Source: the human T2T-CHM13v2.0 reference genome, Homo sapiens
Strand: one strand, 5' to 3'
Length of the DNA: 64,000 bases
Assembly (NCBI RefSeq): GCF_009914755.1
Contig: NC_060927.1
The notes under the pieces are model-generated. The model was not told where the DNA came from. It did not search any database and saw only the letters and a list, made by a program, of their open reading frames with translations. The translations under genes and the position numbers were made by a program. This document shows, piece after piece, positions 12,670 through 26,130 of the stretch. Numbering within the stretch: position 1 is the first letter of the stretch; each line of letters starts with the position of its first letter.

Positions 12670-13093
12670 GGGTATCAATTACCACAGTATTGATGCAAAA
12701 GAAACCACAAAAGCCTCAGGGACATACAACAATAACATTATTTAGCTCATGAGTTTGCAGTGGTTCAGCTGATGTGGGCTGGACTTACTCATGCATCTGC
12801 TATCAGCTGATCTTGGCTGAGCTTGCTGAGATATCTAGGGTGGAGCTGGATGATGCCAGGCAAGGATGGCCTCATCTGGGTTATCTGGGCTACTCAGCTT
12901 TCTTTGATTTGTCTTTCATCCTCCAGCTGGCTAGCTGGGGCATGTTCTTTTGGCAATGGCAGAGGCATAAAGAGAAGGAAACTCCAGTTTGCAAGTTCAT
13001 TTCAAGCCTGTGCTTCATTCCTGCTAGCATCCTATTGGCCCAAACAGGTTTCATGGCAAAGGATACAAGGAAGAGTGAAGAATTGTGACTTTC

Positions 13094-13127
<34 letters not shown>

Positions 13128-13137
13128 GTCTGCCACA
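12670..13137 (-). mobile_element. MLT1 (ERVL-MaLR) LTR containing a T30 homopolymer at 13095-13124
   Basis: acaacaataacattatttagctcatgagtttgcag...tcagctg...; ends agtctgccaca (TGTGGCAGACT on the minus strand). Confidence 0.65.
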
Positions 13138-13161
13138 TTGATTAAACTATGGGACATATTT

Positions 13162-13365
13162 CACTTTGGGAAGCTGAGGCGGGAGGATCACCTGAGGTTA
13201 GGAGTTCGAGACCAGCCAGGCCAACATGGCGAAACCCCATCTCTACTAAAAGCACAAAAATTAGCCAGGCGCGGTGGCGGGCACCTGTAATCCCAGCTAC
13301 TCAAGGCTGAGGCAGGAGAATTGCTTGAACCTGGGAGGCGGAGGTCGCAATGAGCCAAGATCACG
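13162..13365 (+). mobile_element. Alu (AluS-type) truncated at both ends, no A tail
   Basis: Starts at cactttggga, ends at gagccaagatcacg, then non-Alu sequence. Confidence 0.92.
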
Positions 13366-13584
13366 GACGATAACGAGCGTCTATAGATCAATAGCAAGAT
13401 CTATGGACAATAGCAGCATCTTTAGAAGGAAGGGAATGACCTCTCAGGTGACTCCTGGGGAGGCCAGTGCCCTTTTGGATGAAGAGCTGAGAGTTCTATC
13501 TTGGGCTTGTTGGATTGAAATAATTTTGCATCAAAAATTTTACGTTGCAGTCCCCAAATGATAAACTGGCCTCTGATGTGTACA

Positions 13585-13868
<284 letters not shown>

Positions 13869-14850
13869 TAACTCTCATTTCCTTGGCTGTGCCAGTTAAA
13901 CCATACCATTCTCCACTTTGGCTGACTGATGAAATCTCCAAGGGATGGGATTAAATGGGGTGTATGACTAATTTGTCATCCATCTCCTGCACCCAGCAAC
14001 ATTTGCTGAGCACCCTTCTGTGTGCTGTGTTAGGCCCTGGGCACACAGAGACAAATAGGAGGAGGAGGGGAAGGAGGGTGGGAATAGGGATAAAAGAGAG
14101 GCCTTCATGGGCCAGTGATGATGGAGTTCCATGAAACCAAGAAGCACGTTTAACACAACTGTCTGCACCCAAGGTCAAACATGCATGCCTGCATGCACAC
14201 ACACAAAACAAAATGCCAAAGACAGATAAGAGATAGTCAGAGAGTAATAGGGAAGACACATACACATACACTAAATGATTGCATTAGTGTGTGGCAAAGG
14301 ACATGAGACAGGGAGGGCTAAGTATAAGGATACTGAAAAAGGTCAAAGGATGGGCACCCATCTCTGCCTGGGAGAGCTGGGGCGGGCGCTTCTCAGCAGA
14401 GGTAACATTTGAACTGAATTTTGAAGGATGACTAGGAATTCACAGGCAGAGTGTGTGGGCAGCATTGTTGTCATCTGCAGAGTTGTGAGACAGCAAGGCT
14501 TACTTAGGAGGGGCAGGACTAGTACAGAGAGGCAGAAAGTCTGAGGTTTTGTGGGGAGGGAATGAATGGGGTGATGACATTGGAAGGGTGGGGAGGGCAG
14601 GTTGTGATGGTTACACAAGGAGAGCTGGTGAGGACTCTCCCATGCAGAGGCAGTAGGAATGGAATGAGAAGGATGGGAGAGGAACTGGAGAGGTGTCTGG
14701 AAAGGACTCAATGACTGGCATGAAGAAGACTCAGAGTTAGAGTTGCCACCTGACTTTGGGTAACAGAGCAAAGTGAGAGGTGTGTGGGAGGAGGTCTTGG
14801 TGCACAAAGAGGCAGTGGTGGTCAGTTATGTGTGATGTTTAAATGTAATT

Positions 14851-15090
14851 AGGGCAGTGTAGTGGAAAGAGCAGTGGTTGGAATCAGAGGACCTAGTTTT
14901 AAATTCTGGTTTCACCACTGTGTACCTTTAAGTAAGTCACTTAACCTCTCTGAGACTCGATTTTCTTATCTGTTAAATGGAGCTAATACACAGAGTACTC
15001 TTTTTGAACACTAAATTATTTAATATATAAACTTTGAGCACTAAATTAAATGGGCATGGTGTCTGGCCCATTTCAGGTGCTCGATTTAAT
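14851..15090 (+). mobile_element. MIR SINE
   Basis: gtgtagtggaaagagca...aagtcacttaacctctctgag...ttttcttatctgttaaatgg. Confidence 0.8.
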
Positions 15091-15267
15091 CCAGATAAGC
15101 AGGTAAGCAATTTAAGGAGACAGGGGCTTACTACTGGGAATGATGGTGAGGTACGATCACCCATGAATGTGCTGAGCTACACCCCTGACTTGAGCTGAGC
15201 AGGTAGACACGGGTGGGGTATGTTGAAAACTGGTTAGGTGATGAAGACAAGTCAGAGGAGTTTGAAG

Positions 15268-15271
<4 letters not shown>

Positions 15272-15327
<56 letters not shown>
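15272..15327. repeat. (TG)n microsatellite
   Basis: About 27 TG units. Confidence 0.97.
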
Positions 15328-15333
<6 letters not shown>

Positions 15334-17581
15334 GTTCCTGCAAAACAAACCATCTGAACAGGTAGACTCAACGGTTGCTACAACTTTTGGTGCTTCCAGT
15401 GGCCCCCCTTGAACTAGGTTCTTAACTCTGTCTTCAAATTTCAGTCTGAAACCAGAGTATTGCCTAGGGGTGGAATTTGGTCTTCTCCGTATACACTGAA
15501 GTCAGTGAAGACTGCAAGGAACAGTAAGTCCAGTCTGCTATGAGCATCTGTCAACTCAGTTAAGCACACTCATGAGTAGTCATTATTCCCCTTTAGAACA
15601 TCAGGCCCCAGGGAACAGAACAGCTGCTCTGCTGGCTTCATCTTTGTGAATATGGATGGGACCTGGTGCCTACAGAGGGCCAATGAGATGTGTGGGGAAG
15701 GGAGTGGGTGAAAAAGCTGGAGATGCCCCAAGACAGATAGACGAACAGATGAACAGGTATGCCAAGACCACTATCATTTAAGAGGTGCAGCCAGCTGAAA
15801 TGGCAGGTGCTGGCATCTCCCAACACAAGTTCCACTCCTGATCAGAGGAAACAGTACAGGAACTCCTCCAGCTCTGCCCAGTGTACTTGACCCCCTACCT
15901 CTTCAATCAGGCACAGCCTTGACCTGCAGAGAAGCAGCCACGCTGGGTGCTGGGCTCAAAGGCAGCCACTGATGCAGATCAGGGTGTGAAGTATTTTAAA
16001 AAGCTGCAGTCGTATCTGCTATGCTCTAGGGAGCCTGAGAAAGTTTACTGCAGGCAGCAAGTGTCCTTAAGCATCCATTCAAAGCCTTTCCTGAGCACCT
16101 ACAGTGTGCCCTGCTGTGTGCATGTGCTCAGCACTGTGGGGAAGACCCAAAGAAAGATCCAGCCTCAGTTTTCAGTTGAGCTGGTAGTCTGGCTAGGGGG
16201 AGGGGCATCAAAAAATACTACATGGATAAATAGGTAAGGAACAGACAACAATTAAGGTGCAATTAAACACCATTTGCCCATCCACTTATTCATCTACTCA
16301 GCAAATGTCTTGGAGCCTCTTCTCTCTGCCAGGCCAGCAATGTCCTTGGCGCTGCCTATTGGAGCTCATGGTCTGGTTTGGAGGTGGAGGTGGGTGCATG
16401 CTTGGTATAGGAGTAGACAGAAGCACAAGGTTCTTTGTGGGGAAGATGACACAGCCTCTGGGGTGATGACATGTGTTGAAACTGAAAGGTAGAGCAAGAG
16501 TTGGTCAGGCTGCTGGAGAGGGAGGTTGTTGGTGGGAGAGCAGTGCCTGGGTTTGAGGACAGTGGTCCCCTCATTGAGGCCAACCACATCCATAATCACA
16601 GACCAACTGCCTTCTTTCTTTTGAGAATGGGGACAAGAGTGGGAAAAGAGTAGGGTGAAAGTCCAGAGTCCCAGAAAAACTCAATCATTCCTGGGCAGGC
16701 TGGGATGATTGGTCATCCTAAAAGAGCGGTCTTGCCCTCACAATCATCGGGATGCTCCTAAACCATCCTCCAGGGCTTCGCTGAGCTATGCCTGAGCCAG
16801 ATAGGTGGCCACACAAGACCAAGAGAGTGAAGGGACAGGGCCTCAGCCCTGGGAGCTCACACTCTGACCAGGTAGGTTTTCAGAGTGCAGTGCAGGTTAT
16901 GGGGGAGTGGGGGGAGAAAATTTAGCTGGAAAGTCATTTCACTTTTTGGAGCCTCGGTTTCTTTATCTCTAAATGGGAACAATAATAATGCTCTCAAGGG
17001 ATTGTTACAAGGGTTAAATGATATCATATGTGCGGGGTGCTTGGCTTAGGGCTCGGTGCAAGGTAGAAGCTCATTGTCTGGGGAACAGCAGAACTTCATG
17101 TGCTGTATGAAGGGTAGGTCCTGTCACATTGTAGGAGATAGTGAAGGGAGCACCCAAACAGTGTTAGAGTCATAGGCATTGGGAGGACACCTGGAAGAGG
17201 GGCCTTTAGCCTGGATCTTCCCATTCCCTAGTGAAAACGCTGCAGGGAGCTGTTAGTGGCAGGAGCTTCTGTTTACCCATACGTGTGAGGACAGAAACTC
17301 CCAGTGCTGTCTCTCGCCCTACCTATACTGTGATTTCACTCAGAGACCAGTGGCCCTAGTATCTCCATCTGGATGGCAGTTGCTTAGGGATAAGTTCCTG
17401 AAATCCTACCAATCCCTAAAACCAAATGTGCAATTACCCTGTGGTTTGTGGGCCAAGGCCCCAGGGGCCAGGAATCCACAGACAGCAGGGCCTTTAGGGA
17501 GTTGGGTGAGGGAGGCTGAAAACTGGGATGAGCCCTGGAGCCACATTAACCCCTGCCATCACAGACTCCTACTGACATTAT

Positions 17582-17967
17582 TGTGGGGTGCCATTGTGCT
17601 CCACCCAGATCTCTTCAGGGCTGACACGTCATCCCCCAGCTGCTGGAGATATTGCTGCTCATGGCTCACAGCTGCATCCCTCACTGAGCCTTGCCCTCTA
17701 CTGTAGAAAACTGTCTTATCTAAGGGTATGTCCCCTCCCAGGGTGGCCCATGGGCCAGTGACTAGCTGGTATGGAAATACCAAGGCCCAGCTGATAGGAT
17801 CAGCTGAGGCCTTGGTTACAAATTGCACTGTGGTCAGTTTCTTTCTCTGCCTTATTCTGCCTTCCTTCCTTACATCCTTCCTGACATCTCTCTTAAGAAC
17901 ACCCCCAAGAGAACTTCTGCATACAGCTCTGTCTCAAAGTCTTTTTAGGAAATCCAATCTAAAACCA
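17582..17967 (+). mobile_element. ERVL 5' LTR, LTR16A-like
   Basis: ccacccagatc...cccccagctgc...ggctcacagctg...ggatcagctgaggcc...tctcaaagtct, followed directly by PBS-like ttggctcccagagtggtcc. Confidence 0.75.
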
Positions 17968-20900
17968 TTGGCTCCCAGAGTGGTCCTGTGACTTAGACTC
18001 TAAAATATGGTCCCTTGTCAGCTGGCTGGCAATGAGGACCCCATCACAGGTGGGCCCACAGATGGCCCCTGGTGTGCTGTAGAGGTGCAGTTGCTAAAAC
18101 TTGCACATTGGTGAGCTGGGGTAGAATGTTGTTGGCAGGCAATTTGGGTTGATGTATTATTTCTGGCACTTAAGAGGAATGAGGGAAATGATAACTATGG
18201 GGACTATAGAATTGTGTGGTTGTTGTTGAGTGCCGTTCATTTGTTGAAGAGAGATAATGGCAGGCTTTGGGTAACTAATTACAAATTTAAGGCAAAATGG
18301 AAAAGCAAGAGAGCCTTGTTAGCATCATTTAAGCAAACACTAATCTTATGCAGCCAGAGGGCAGACAAAGCAGAAGACTAGGCTTAATTATAAGAGTAGC
18401 AGAACTACAGAAGTCAAATTCTCAATCCCAGTGAGCTTTGCACACCAAGCCTCAGGTTCTTGAGATGGGGAAATCTGGGTAGATACAATTGAGAACCTTG
18501 AACTTCCAGATTCTCCTGAAGCTGCTAGGCAGAAGTGCCCTCTCTCTGTTATTAGAAGGCAGTTATCCTCCCTCCCCTCCCACACCTTGTTTGAGGCTTA
18601 TGTAGAAGCCTCCAGTTAAATGAGGCAGATGCTGCATAAAACAATGCTTAATCCTCTTGGGATTCATCCACACTTCTTCTCCTCCAACCAGACCAATAAC
18701 AAGGGTAGAATCTCAGAGGAGCCAGACTAGGGAGGAGCTGGGCCTGCTAAGGGAGGAGAGGGACTGTACGCTGGTGGCAGGATCTGGCTCATTTGTTCCA
18801 TGAGTGGAAGGGGGTGGGAGAGTGTGCATGAATTAGATCAAGGTGCTACATTATGGGAGGCAGAATATATAGCTAGATAGGGGAGAATTTATTGATATGG
18901 CAGCACATATGGGATTTAATATACTGGCAAAGAACCCAGGAGATGATGCCAATATGCTGCCAGGATGGCTTTTGGAAATTTGGCAAAAGTGACAACCCCC
19001 ACTAAGTTAAGTAGACATGGCAAACTGCTGTGGCAGACAATGCAGAAGGAATCAAAAGGCTTACAGAATAGAGTGGATGTACTATGTAAAGTTGGAAAAA
19101 GTCAACTATGTTCCATGGGAGGGCCAAGAGGACATTCTCTTTACCAGAGTGATAAGGAATGTGCTGAGAGGGACATTTGGCATCACTGAAAAGCTCAGTG
19201 GACCAGACCAGGGCTAAGGCTAGCAGATGCTGTTACAGCACTGGGCCCCCTTGTAGCAGTGGGGAAGGATAGAATCCCAAATGCTAGAGGCCAAACAGCA
19301 GTGCTTAACTATCAGAAGCAAGATGGACCTAACTATGGCAATGAGCGGCAAAGCCCAAGTGGCACAGGAAGGCCCTGCCTGAGTAATACTATGGAGATGG
19401 TTAAAGGACCAAGGTCTTCCTTCCAAGACAGAGGGGCAGCAAACACAGGAATTCTTTAATGTATATACACTGTATATCAGTATAAATTTAGGGGTTGATT
19501 GGGAGGTGGAGAGCAACTGGCCCAATAAAAAGTTTTGATTTTGCCCGTTTTTCATACCTGAGCTACTTCTCAGGGCCAAACTCCATTGACTGAAGGAAAG
19601 CCTGTGTCCCTGTGAGTAAGGACCCTGCAACTCTGAAGCAGCTATACTCAGTAGTAATGATGCCAGATCTTTCTCAAAGTGGCTTATGGCCATTTACTGA
19701 GGTAACCATGCATTGGGAAGAATACTCAGACTTCTCAAAAACCTGAAAACATTTTTCAGCCTTTTCACAGGGTCTGAACTGACATTGATACCCAGGGACC
19801 CAGTGGGCCATAATAACTCTTCTAGAATGGGGACACATGAGGTCCATGCATGAAGTCCATCTAATAAAGGAAGTCCTTGCCTAGATCTAGCTCACAGTGG
19901 GTCCACTGGATCCGTGGATCCAGCTGATGGCCATTTCCCCAGGCCCTAAATGTATAATTAGAGTGGACCTCTTGGTAGTTTGCAGAACCCTCACATGGGA
20001 TCCTTGACCTGTTGAGTAACAACTCAACTAGTGAGAAAAGACAAGTAAAAGGCTCTGAAACTGCCTTTCTCCCTGACCAAGATAGTATATTTAAAAAAAA
20101 TACCTCATCTTGGGAGGTACTGACATTTGACTGAGATTGTGCTAAGACAAAGAACCTAAAAAATGCCATACCCTATTTTATTCACCAGCCCAACACCTAC
20201 TATAATATGGATTGCTGGATTCTGAGGGACAGTACTGTTACCACACACTTAACCAATGATAAAGTCTGACCGGGCCACCTAGCCTGTTGAAACTGGTCAG
20301 ACCTGGGGATGAGATCATCCTGACTCAGGAATATCACAAAGCAAGGGGACATCATGATCCTGAGGCAGGGTCCACAGGTACTCAGCAGAGCATACAGCAA
20401 ACCACTTCTAATGCTTGCACAACAGAAGAGCCCAGTTAGTTTCCACCAATCAGCCTCACTCAAATTTTGATTTCCTAATACAGGACAGAAACAATTCTCA
20501 GTCTGTTGGCTTTGACAGATCTTCCCTTTTTCTCTTCTTTCCTACAACTCACCTAGAATTTGTGCCAGAGCAGGTTCCTTGTTTGGCAGTAAAACTCAGT
20601 CATCAAATTGTGGTCAGATAGTCTTATTTTTATTTCAACACTAAGTATAGTTCCCATTGCAGCTGCGGAGCCAGATGTGCTGTCCTTGGTAGATAAGAAA
20701 CACAGTCTACAGTGGGTGATGTATGAACATCAGTCTGGCAGTCAAGTTGTTCTCCATAGCCATCATGAAGCAGGAGTAGAGTCAGTTTGGATTGACATGG
20801 CACAGTCAACAGTATACATTTATGGTCTTGCCTTAGGATGATGTTATTTCTCTCACCTTTTGTTATAGTATAGTCCAAAGGGATGTGGGCATTCTGAAGA

Positions 20901-21325
20901 ACATCATGTTGGTTCACTGTATTGATAACAACATGTTAATTGAACTGGATGAGCAAGAAATGGCAAGTAGATTGGAGGTGTTGGAATGACACATGGAGAT
21001 TAATTCTATGAAGGTACAGAGGCCTTCTACATCTGTGAATTTCTAGGGGTTTAGTGGTCAGAGGCATGCTGGAATATCCTTCCAAAGGACAATTGTCTCT
21101 TGCACCTCCTGGCAGAAACAGTACAATTCTTGGCAGGCTCCTGTTGGTTCTAGAGGTAGCTTTTGGTGCACTGAGGAATACTAGCCTGATCCAGTTATGG
21201 GGGATAAGGGAAGCCCACAGCTTTTAGTGGGGCCCAGAGCATGAAAGGGGTTTGAAGCAGGTCCAGGCTGTGATGCAAGCAGCCTGCCAGTTGCATCATT
21301 TGACCTGATAGGTTCTGTGGAGCTA
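17968..21325 (+). mobile_element. Decayed ERVL internal region (ERV3-16A3_I-like gag/pro/pol remnant)
   Basis: RT remnants PIAAAEPDV, QYTFMVLP* (about 20810-20836, for QYTFTVLPQG) and VHCIDNNMLI (20912-20941, for VHYIDDIMLI). Many stops; no 3' LTR seen. Confidence 0.8.
20257..20640 (+). mobile_element. Solo LTR (ERV1-like, family undetermined) nested in the ERVL RT region
   Basis: TG...CA termini, 4 bp TSD CCAA/CTAA, AGTAAA near the 3' end; removing it rejoins cttaacca-agtatagttcccattgcagct of ERVL pol. Confidence 0.7.
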
Positions 21326-21694
21326 GCAATTAAGCAGCCAATGACAGAGACTGGTTCATGCAAAATGGTCAAGTAATTCTGCCACTTGATTGTTCAGTGT
21401 CTCTTTGGTGGTACCCTGAGCCAAACACAGCCATGAACTAGGGCACATGGTTTGGTAGGCAGAGCTCAGGCCTGATCCTAGATCCCACACACCATCTTGT
21501 TCAGATACTCTGGGAAGTACACCACCTGCATGATTGTATCATTTGAAAACAAGCTGTTCATAGCCCTCTTGTAGTTGTTCACAGTACCTCTCTAAGGGAT
21601 TCCAGCAGGAATATGTATTCCTGTTTGATAGATAAGAAAATTGAGCCATAGCTGACTTGTAACAAAGAGATGTTAAAGGTCATCTGGTGAGTAA

Positions 21695-21960
21695 TTAATT
21701 AATTCATTCACCAATTACTTATTGAGCAGTTATTCTGGAATGAACACTCTGTCTGGTACCAAGGTATCCTGCCAAATTAGACATATTCCTATTCTCAAAG
21801 AACTCATGGTTTGGAGTGGATGTAGGAGGAAGGGAAAGTGAGAGAGTCAACAGATAATTCCAACATTGTGGAATAAATATTAGCAGAGATATAAGTATAG
21901 AGTGCTGGGTGAACTTGGAGGAGACTCATCTGACCCAGGAAGAAAGAGGGGAGGTAGGAG
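21695..21960 (-). mobile_element. L2 3' end
   Basis: attcattca...tttattgagca...cctattctcaaagaactcatggtt. Confidence 0.6.
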
Positions 21961-23661
21961 CAGGGGAGAGAGAGAGAGACAGACAGACACAGGGCAGGCC
22001 AGGGGAACTTGGTGTGGTTCTGAGTGGCTGGAGCCAAGGTGGGCAGTTTCCAGCCTCCTTTCCTATCAGTAGCTCTTGTTCCCAGGGCAGCTGTCCCTAG
22101 AGCTACAGTAGTGGGCGAGGCCCTGGGCCATTTCATTAGGGAGGTTTGTTTTCAGAATCATCTCCTAAGCCTTATTAAGTCTCTTACTTAGTGAGGAAGC
22201 AGCAAATCAAGATGACATTTCAAAAGCGGTGGCCCAGCCTGTTCCTGGAGGAACAGCTAAATCCTCACCCATATTAAATACCTTCTCCTCAACAGCAGCG
22301 GCTGGGCCATTTAGGGAAATTAAAAGGAGAGAGATGAACAGAGAGTAGGGAGATTAAAAACAAGTGTAATAGTGTTTCCAGTCTGTGGCAATTAAAAGCC
22401 CTCACATATGGCCTTTTCACTTTATCCTTCTCTTGGCTTATCCTGCCTGTATCTGCATCCATTCAGGGGGCTGGTCATTATGAAAGTGGTTTTGCAAAGA
22501 GGTACTCGGGTTTCCAGCTCTCCATCATTACACCAGCCAGGTACTTGGCTGATGGCTGGCTCAGGACTGCGTGTGTCACAGCACGTATGCTCTGGAGACT
22601 TCGTACTGAGAAAAATCACCCTGTAGAGAGATTTCTATAAGGCAGCAGATTTCAGAGTTTGTCTTCACTCAAGTAAAGACAATGCATAGCAAAGAAACTG
22701 GCTGTCAAACATGGGAAAGAAAGTTTACCTCTGCTGCTTATCAAACAGTGCTAAATTAAAAGAACAACATGATATCACCATTTTTGACCCATTGCATTAA
22801 CACGGGTTCAGAAAAGAGAACACTTAAATGCTACTAAGTCTGTAGTAGAAAGGGCATGCTTATGCACCACTGGCAGAAGTATAATACGATGCCAACTTTT
22901 TCAAGAGCACTTAGGCCAAATGCATCAAGATTTTTAACGTGTATTAAGAATTCAAACAGTGTAGCAATGGTTGGTATAATAATTTTACTTCTAAAAGTAG
23001 GTCCTAAGGAAATATCAGAAATATGAACAAAGAATTAGCCAGGACTATGTTTATTGCAATATAATTTTTAGCATTGAAAAAGAGAACTTAAATACCTAAC
23101 ATGAAGGGATTAGTAAATCAATAATGGTATATGCATAAGAAGAAGAAATGGTAGCCAGTTGTTTCAAATGATCTTTATGAAAGATAAGCTTATGTGAAAA
23201 TATTATGTTAAAAAGGGTATGAAATACTTTATACAGCATAAATTCTTTCAACTCTCTCTCTATCACCCCCAAGCCGTGCACCCCACATACACACACCTGC
23301 ATACGTTAACTCTGTTTTAATAGTACACTTGGTTGACCAATCTGTGGAACTGAGTAGTTGGATTAACTGACACTCTATTTCTTCTGTTAACAAAGCAGCT
23401 GATGCCCAGGACATGGGAAGACTTATGGCAAAACAGCCTCTCAATTCTGCTTACAGCAGCTCTGCTGTCTGCTTACCACGAATCCATTGTTTATTACTCT
23501 CTTAATAGTCTGCCAAATTTGATTTGATAATATATTACAGTGGATTTCTGCTTCTATGTCCACAGATGTGGTTGGTCCATTTTTGAGTGTATGTGTATGG
23601 GGGCAGATTTGGTATATGGGTTAAACCTAACCTTGTAAAAGAGCTGGGCAACTTTCTTTTC

Positions 23662-23802
23662 TTTTTTTTTTAATTTTTATTTTTATAGAGATGGGGTCTC
23701 ACTATGTTGTCCAGGCTGGTTTCCAACTTCTGTGCTCAAGCAAACTTCCTGCCTTGGCTCCGAGAATGCTGGGATTACAGTCGTGAGCTACTATGCCTGG
23801 CC
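23662..23802 (-). mobile_element. Alu monomer (FLAM-like)
   Basis: Single left monomer with T tail; TSD aactttcttt on both sides. Confidence 0.85.
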
Positions 23803-23902
23803 AAAACTTTCTTTACTGTACTCTGATTGGATAGCCTGAGAATAATCTGCTTGCTGAAGTCTTGGGACTATTTATCTATGCATACTATCTTCTTGGCCCA
23901 TA

Positions 23903-23935
<33 letters not shown>

Positions 23936-24159
23936 GGAGAAGGGGATAGATCATTGACTATCTTTTCTGTAGCTTCTATGGATATTGGTGTATTAATATC
24001 TTGTATATTTTCCTGATCCAACATTGTGGTTATATTTTTTCTAGAAAAACATAAATTCTTTGGTTTCCTTTTTTATTTTATAATTATATTATTGTTTACT
24101 TTCTCTCGTGGTAGCTTGTATTCATCCTCAGAAATGTGATTTTAGATTCTAGAAATAAT

Positions 24160-24400
24160 GATAGCTACTTTTAATAAACACAAACTGTGGGTCTGGCACC
24201 AGGCTAAGTAGTTTAAGTTCATGTTCTCATTTACTCTTCACAATAGCACAATGGTGTAAGAACTATTATCATTCCTACTTTCTAAGTGAGAAAACTGAGA
24301 ATAGTAATTGTTCAACACGATCTAATTTGTAGGTGGTGGAGCTGGGACTCAGTTCTACATTTGTCTGATTCTGAGCTTGTGTTCTTATCAGTGAGGTTAT
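24160..24400 (-). mobile_element. MIR SINE
   Basis: tattatcattcctactttctaagtgagaaaactgaga...gtggtggagctgggactc. Confidence 0.7.
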
Positions 24401-24709
24401 ACTCTTGAAAAAAATAGGACAAGCAGACAATAAATAAACTCATATGCCACACTGTGATCACCCTTTATTTTTCGGAATTTTCCCTTCTTCAAGCCCGTGC
24501 TCTGGATATTTTTGCACAATCTTCCTTGGCCTGTTTTCTGAGCAGGAGCTGACTGGGGAGGCCTGTGCTGGCTGCAACATTAAGTGGACATTTCATGCTT
24601 CCACCATTGTTAAGGCAAAATTTATTCTGCATAAGTGAATATTTCCCAAAGAAATGCAGCTTACTTTTGAAAACACCAAAATATTTAGCCATTCTTGATG
24701 GAAGTAAAA

Positions 24710-25390
24710 AAAAATTAACTGGCAAAATAAAATTATATGTATTTATGGTGTGCAATACGATATTTTGAAACACGTATACACTGTGGAATAGCTAAATTGA
24801 ACTAGTTAACATATGTAGTACCTCACATACTTATTATTTTTTTGCAATGAAAATACTTAACATCTACTTTTTTAGTGATTTTCAAGTTTACAATACATTG
24901 TTATTAACTACAGTCAACATGTAGTACAATAGAATTTTTGAACTTATATCTCCTATCTAATTGAGATTTTGTATTTTTTTGTTTTTTTTTGAGATAGAGT
25001 CTCATTTTGTCGCCCAGACGAGTGAAGTGGTGCAATCTCGGCTCACTGCAACCTCTGCTACCTGAGTTCAAGCAATTCTCCTGCCTCAGCCTCCTGAGTA
25101 GCTGGGATTACAGGTGTGTGCCACCACGCCCGGCTAATTTTTTTAATCCTTAGTAGAGATGGGGTTTTACCATCTTGGCCAGGCTGGTCTTGAACTCCTG
25201 ACTTTGTGATCCACCTGCCTCAGCCTCCCAAAGTGCAGAGATTACAGGCGTGAGCCACTGTGCCTGGCCAGTATTTTTTTATCCAACTTTGTATTTTTTT
25301 ATCCAACATCTCCCTCATCTCTACTCTTACTCCCAAGCCCCTGGGAACCACCATTCTACTCTCTGCTTCTATGAGTTTGACTTTTTTGAT
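24710..25390 (-). mobile_element. L1MA-type 3' end, interrupted by an Alu
   Basis: gtatttatggtgtgcaatacgatattttgaaa...accaccattctactctctgcttctatgagtttgac. Confidence 0.8.
24975..25269 (-). mobile_element. Alu (AluS-type)
   Basis: Full dimer; gtattttttt on both flanks. Confidence 0.95.
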
Positions 25391-25472
25391 GGAAATTTTG
25401 GAAAATGTTTTATATAATTTGTTTTCGTTTTCTTTTTGAAGTTGAGAATATAATTTAACCTTTTCTTTCTCC

Positions 25473-25768
25473 TTTTTTTTTTTTTTGAGATGGAGTCTCA
25501 CTCTGTCGCCCAGGCTGGAGTGTAGTGGCGCATCTTGGCTCACTGCAAACTCCGCCTCCCAGGTTCAAGCGATTCTCCTGCCTCAGCCTCCTGAGTAGCT
25601 GGGGCTACAGGGGCCTGCCACCACGCTCAGCTAAGTTTTAAATTTTCAGTGGAGATGGGGTTTCGCCAAGTTGGCTAGGCTGGTCTTGAACTCCTGACCT
25701 CAGGTGATCTGCCTGCCTTGGCCTCCCAAAGTGCTGGGATTCCAGGTGTGAGCCACTGCACCCAGTGG
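25473..25768 (-). mobile_element. Alu (AluSx-type)
   Basis: Full dimer with cctgacctcaggtgatc. Confidence 0.95.
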
Positions 25769-25774
25769 CTCCAT

Positions 25775-26130
25775 TTTTTAAGCTGAATTTTTATTGAGAT
25801 AGTTGTAGATTTACATGCAGTCATAAGAATTAATAAAGGAAGATCTGTTGCATACTTTGCCTAGTTTCCGCCAGTAGCAACATTTTGTAAAACTATAGTA
25901 TAGTATCACAAGGACACTAACACTTATACGATCCATCAGTATTATTCAGATTTCCCTAGTTTTATTTGTATTCGTGTGTGTGTGTGTGTGCATGTGTGTG
26001 TGTGTGCGTATTAGGTTCTATACAATTTTATCATCTGAGTAAGTTTGTATTTCCACCTGAACATTTTCAACATCACAAGGATCCTTCATGTCACCTTTTT
26101 ATAACCAGAGTCACATTTGTTCTGCTCTCT
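25775..26130 (-). mobile_element. L1MC-type 3' end
   Basis: tttattgagatagttgtagatttacatgcagt...aacattttgtaaaactatagtatagtatcaca. Confidence 0.7.

Noticed and set aside
17968-21325. Possible domesticated ERVL gag/pol gene
   Set aside because: No long frame, catalytic YIDD decayed to CIDN, in-frame stops and an LTR insertion inside RT.
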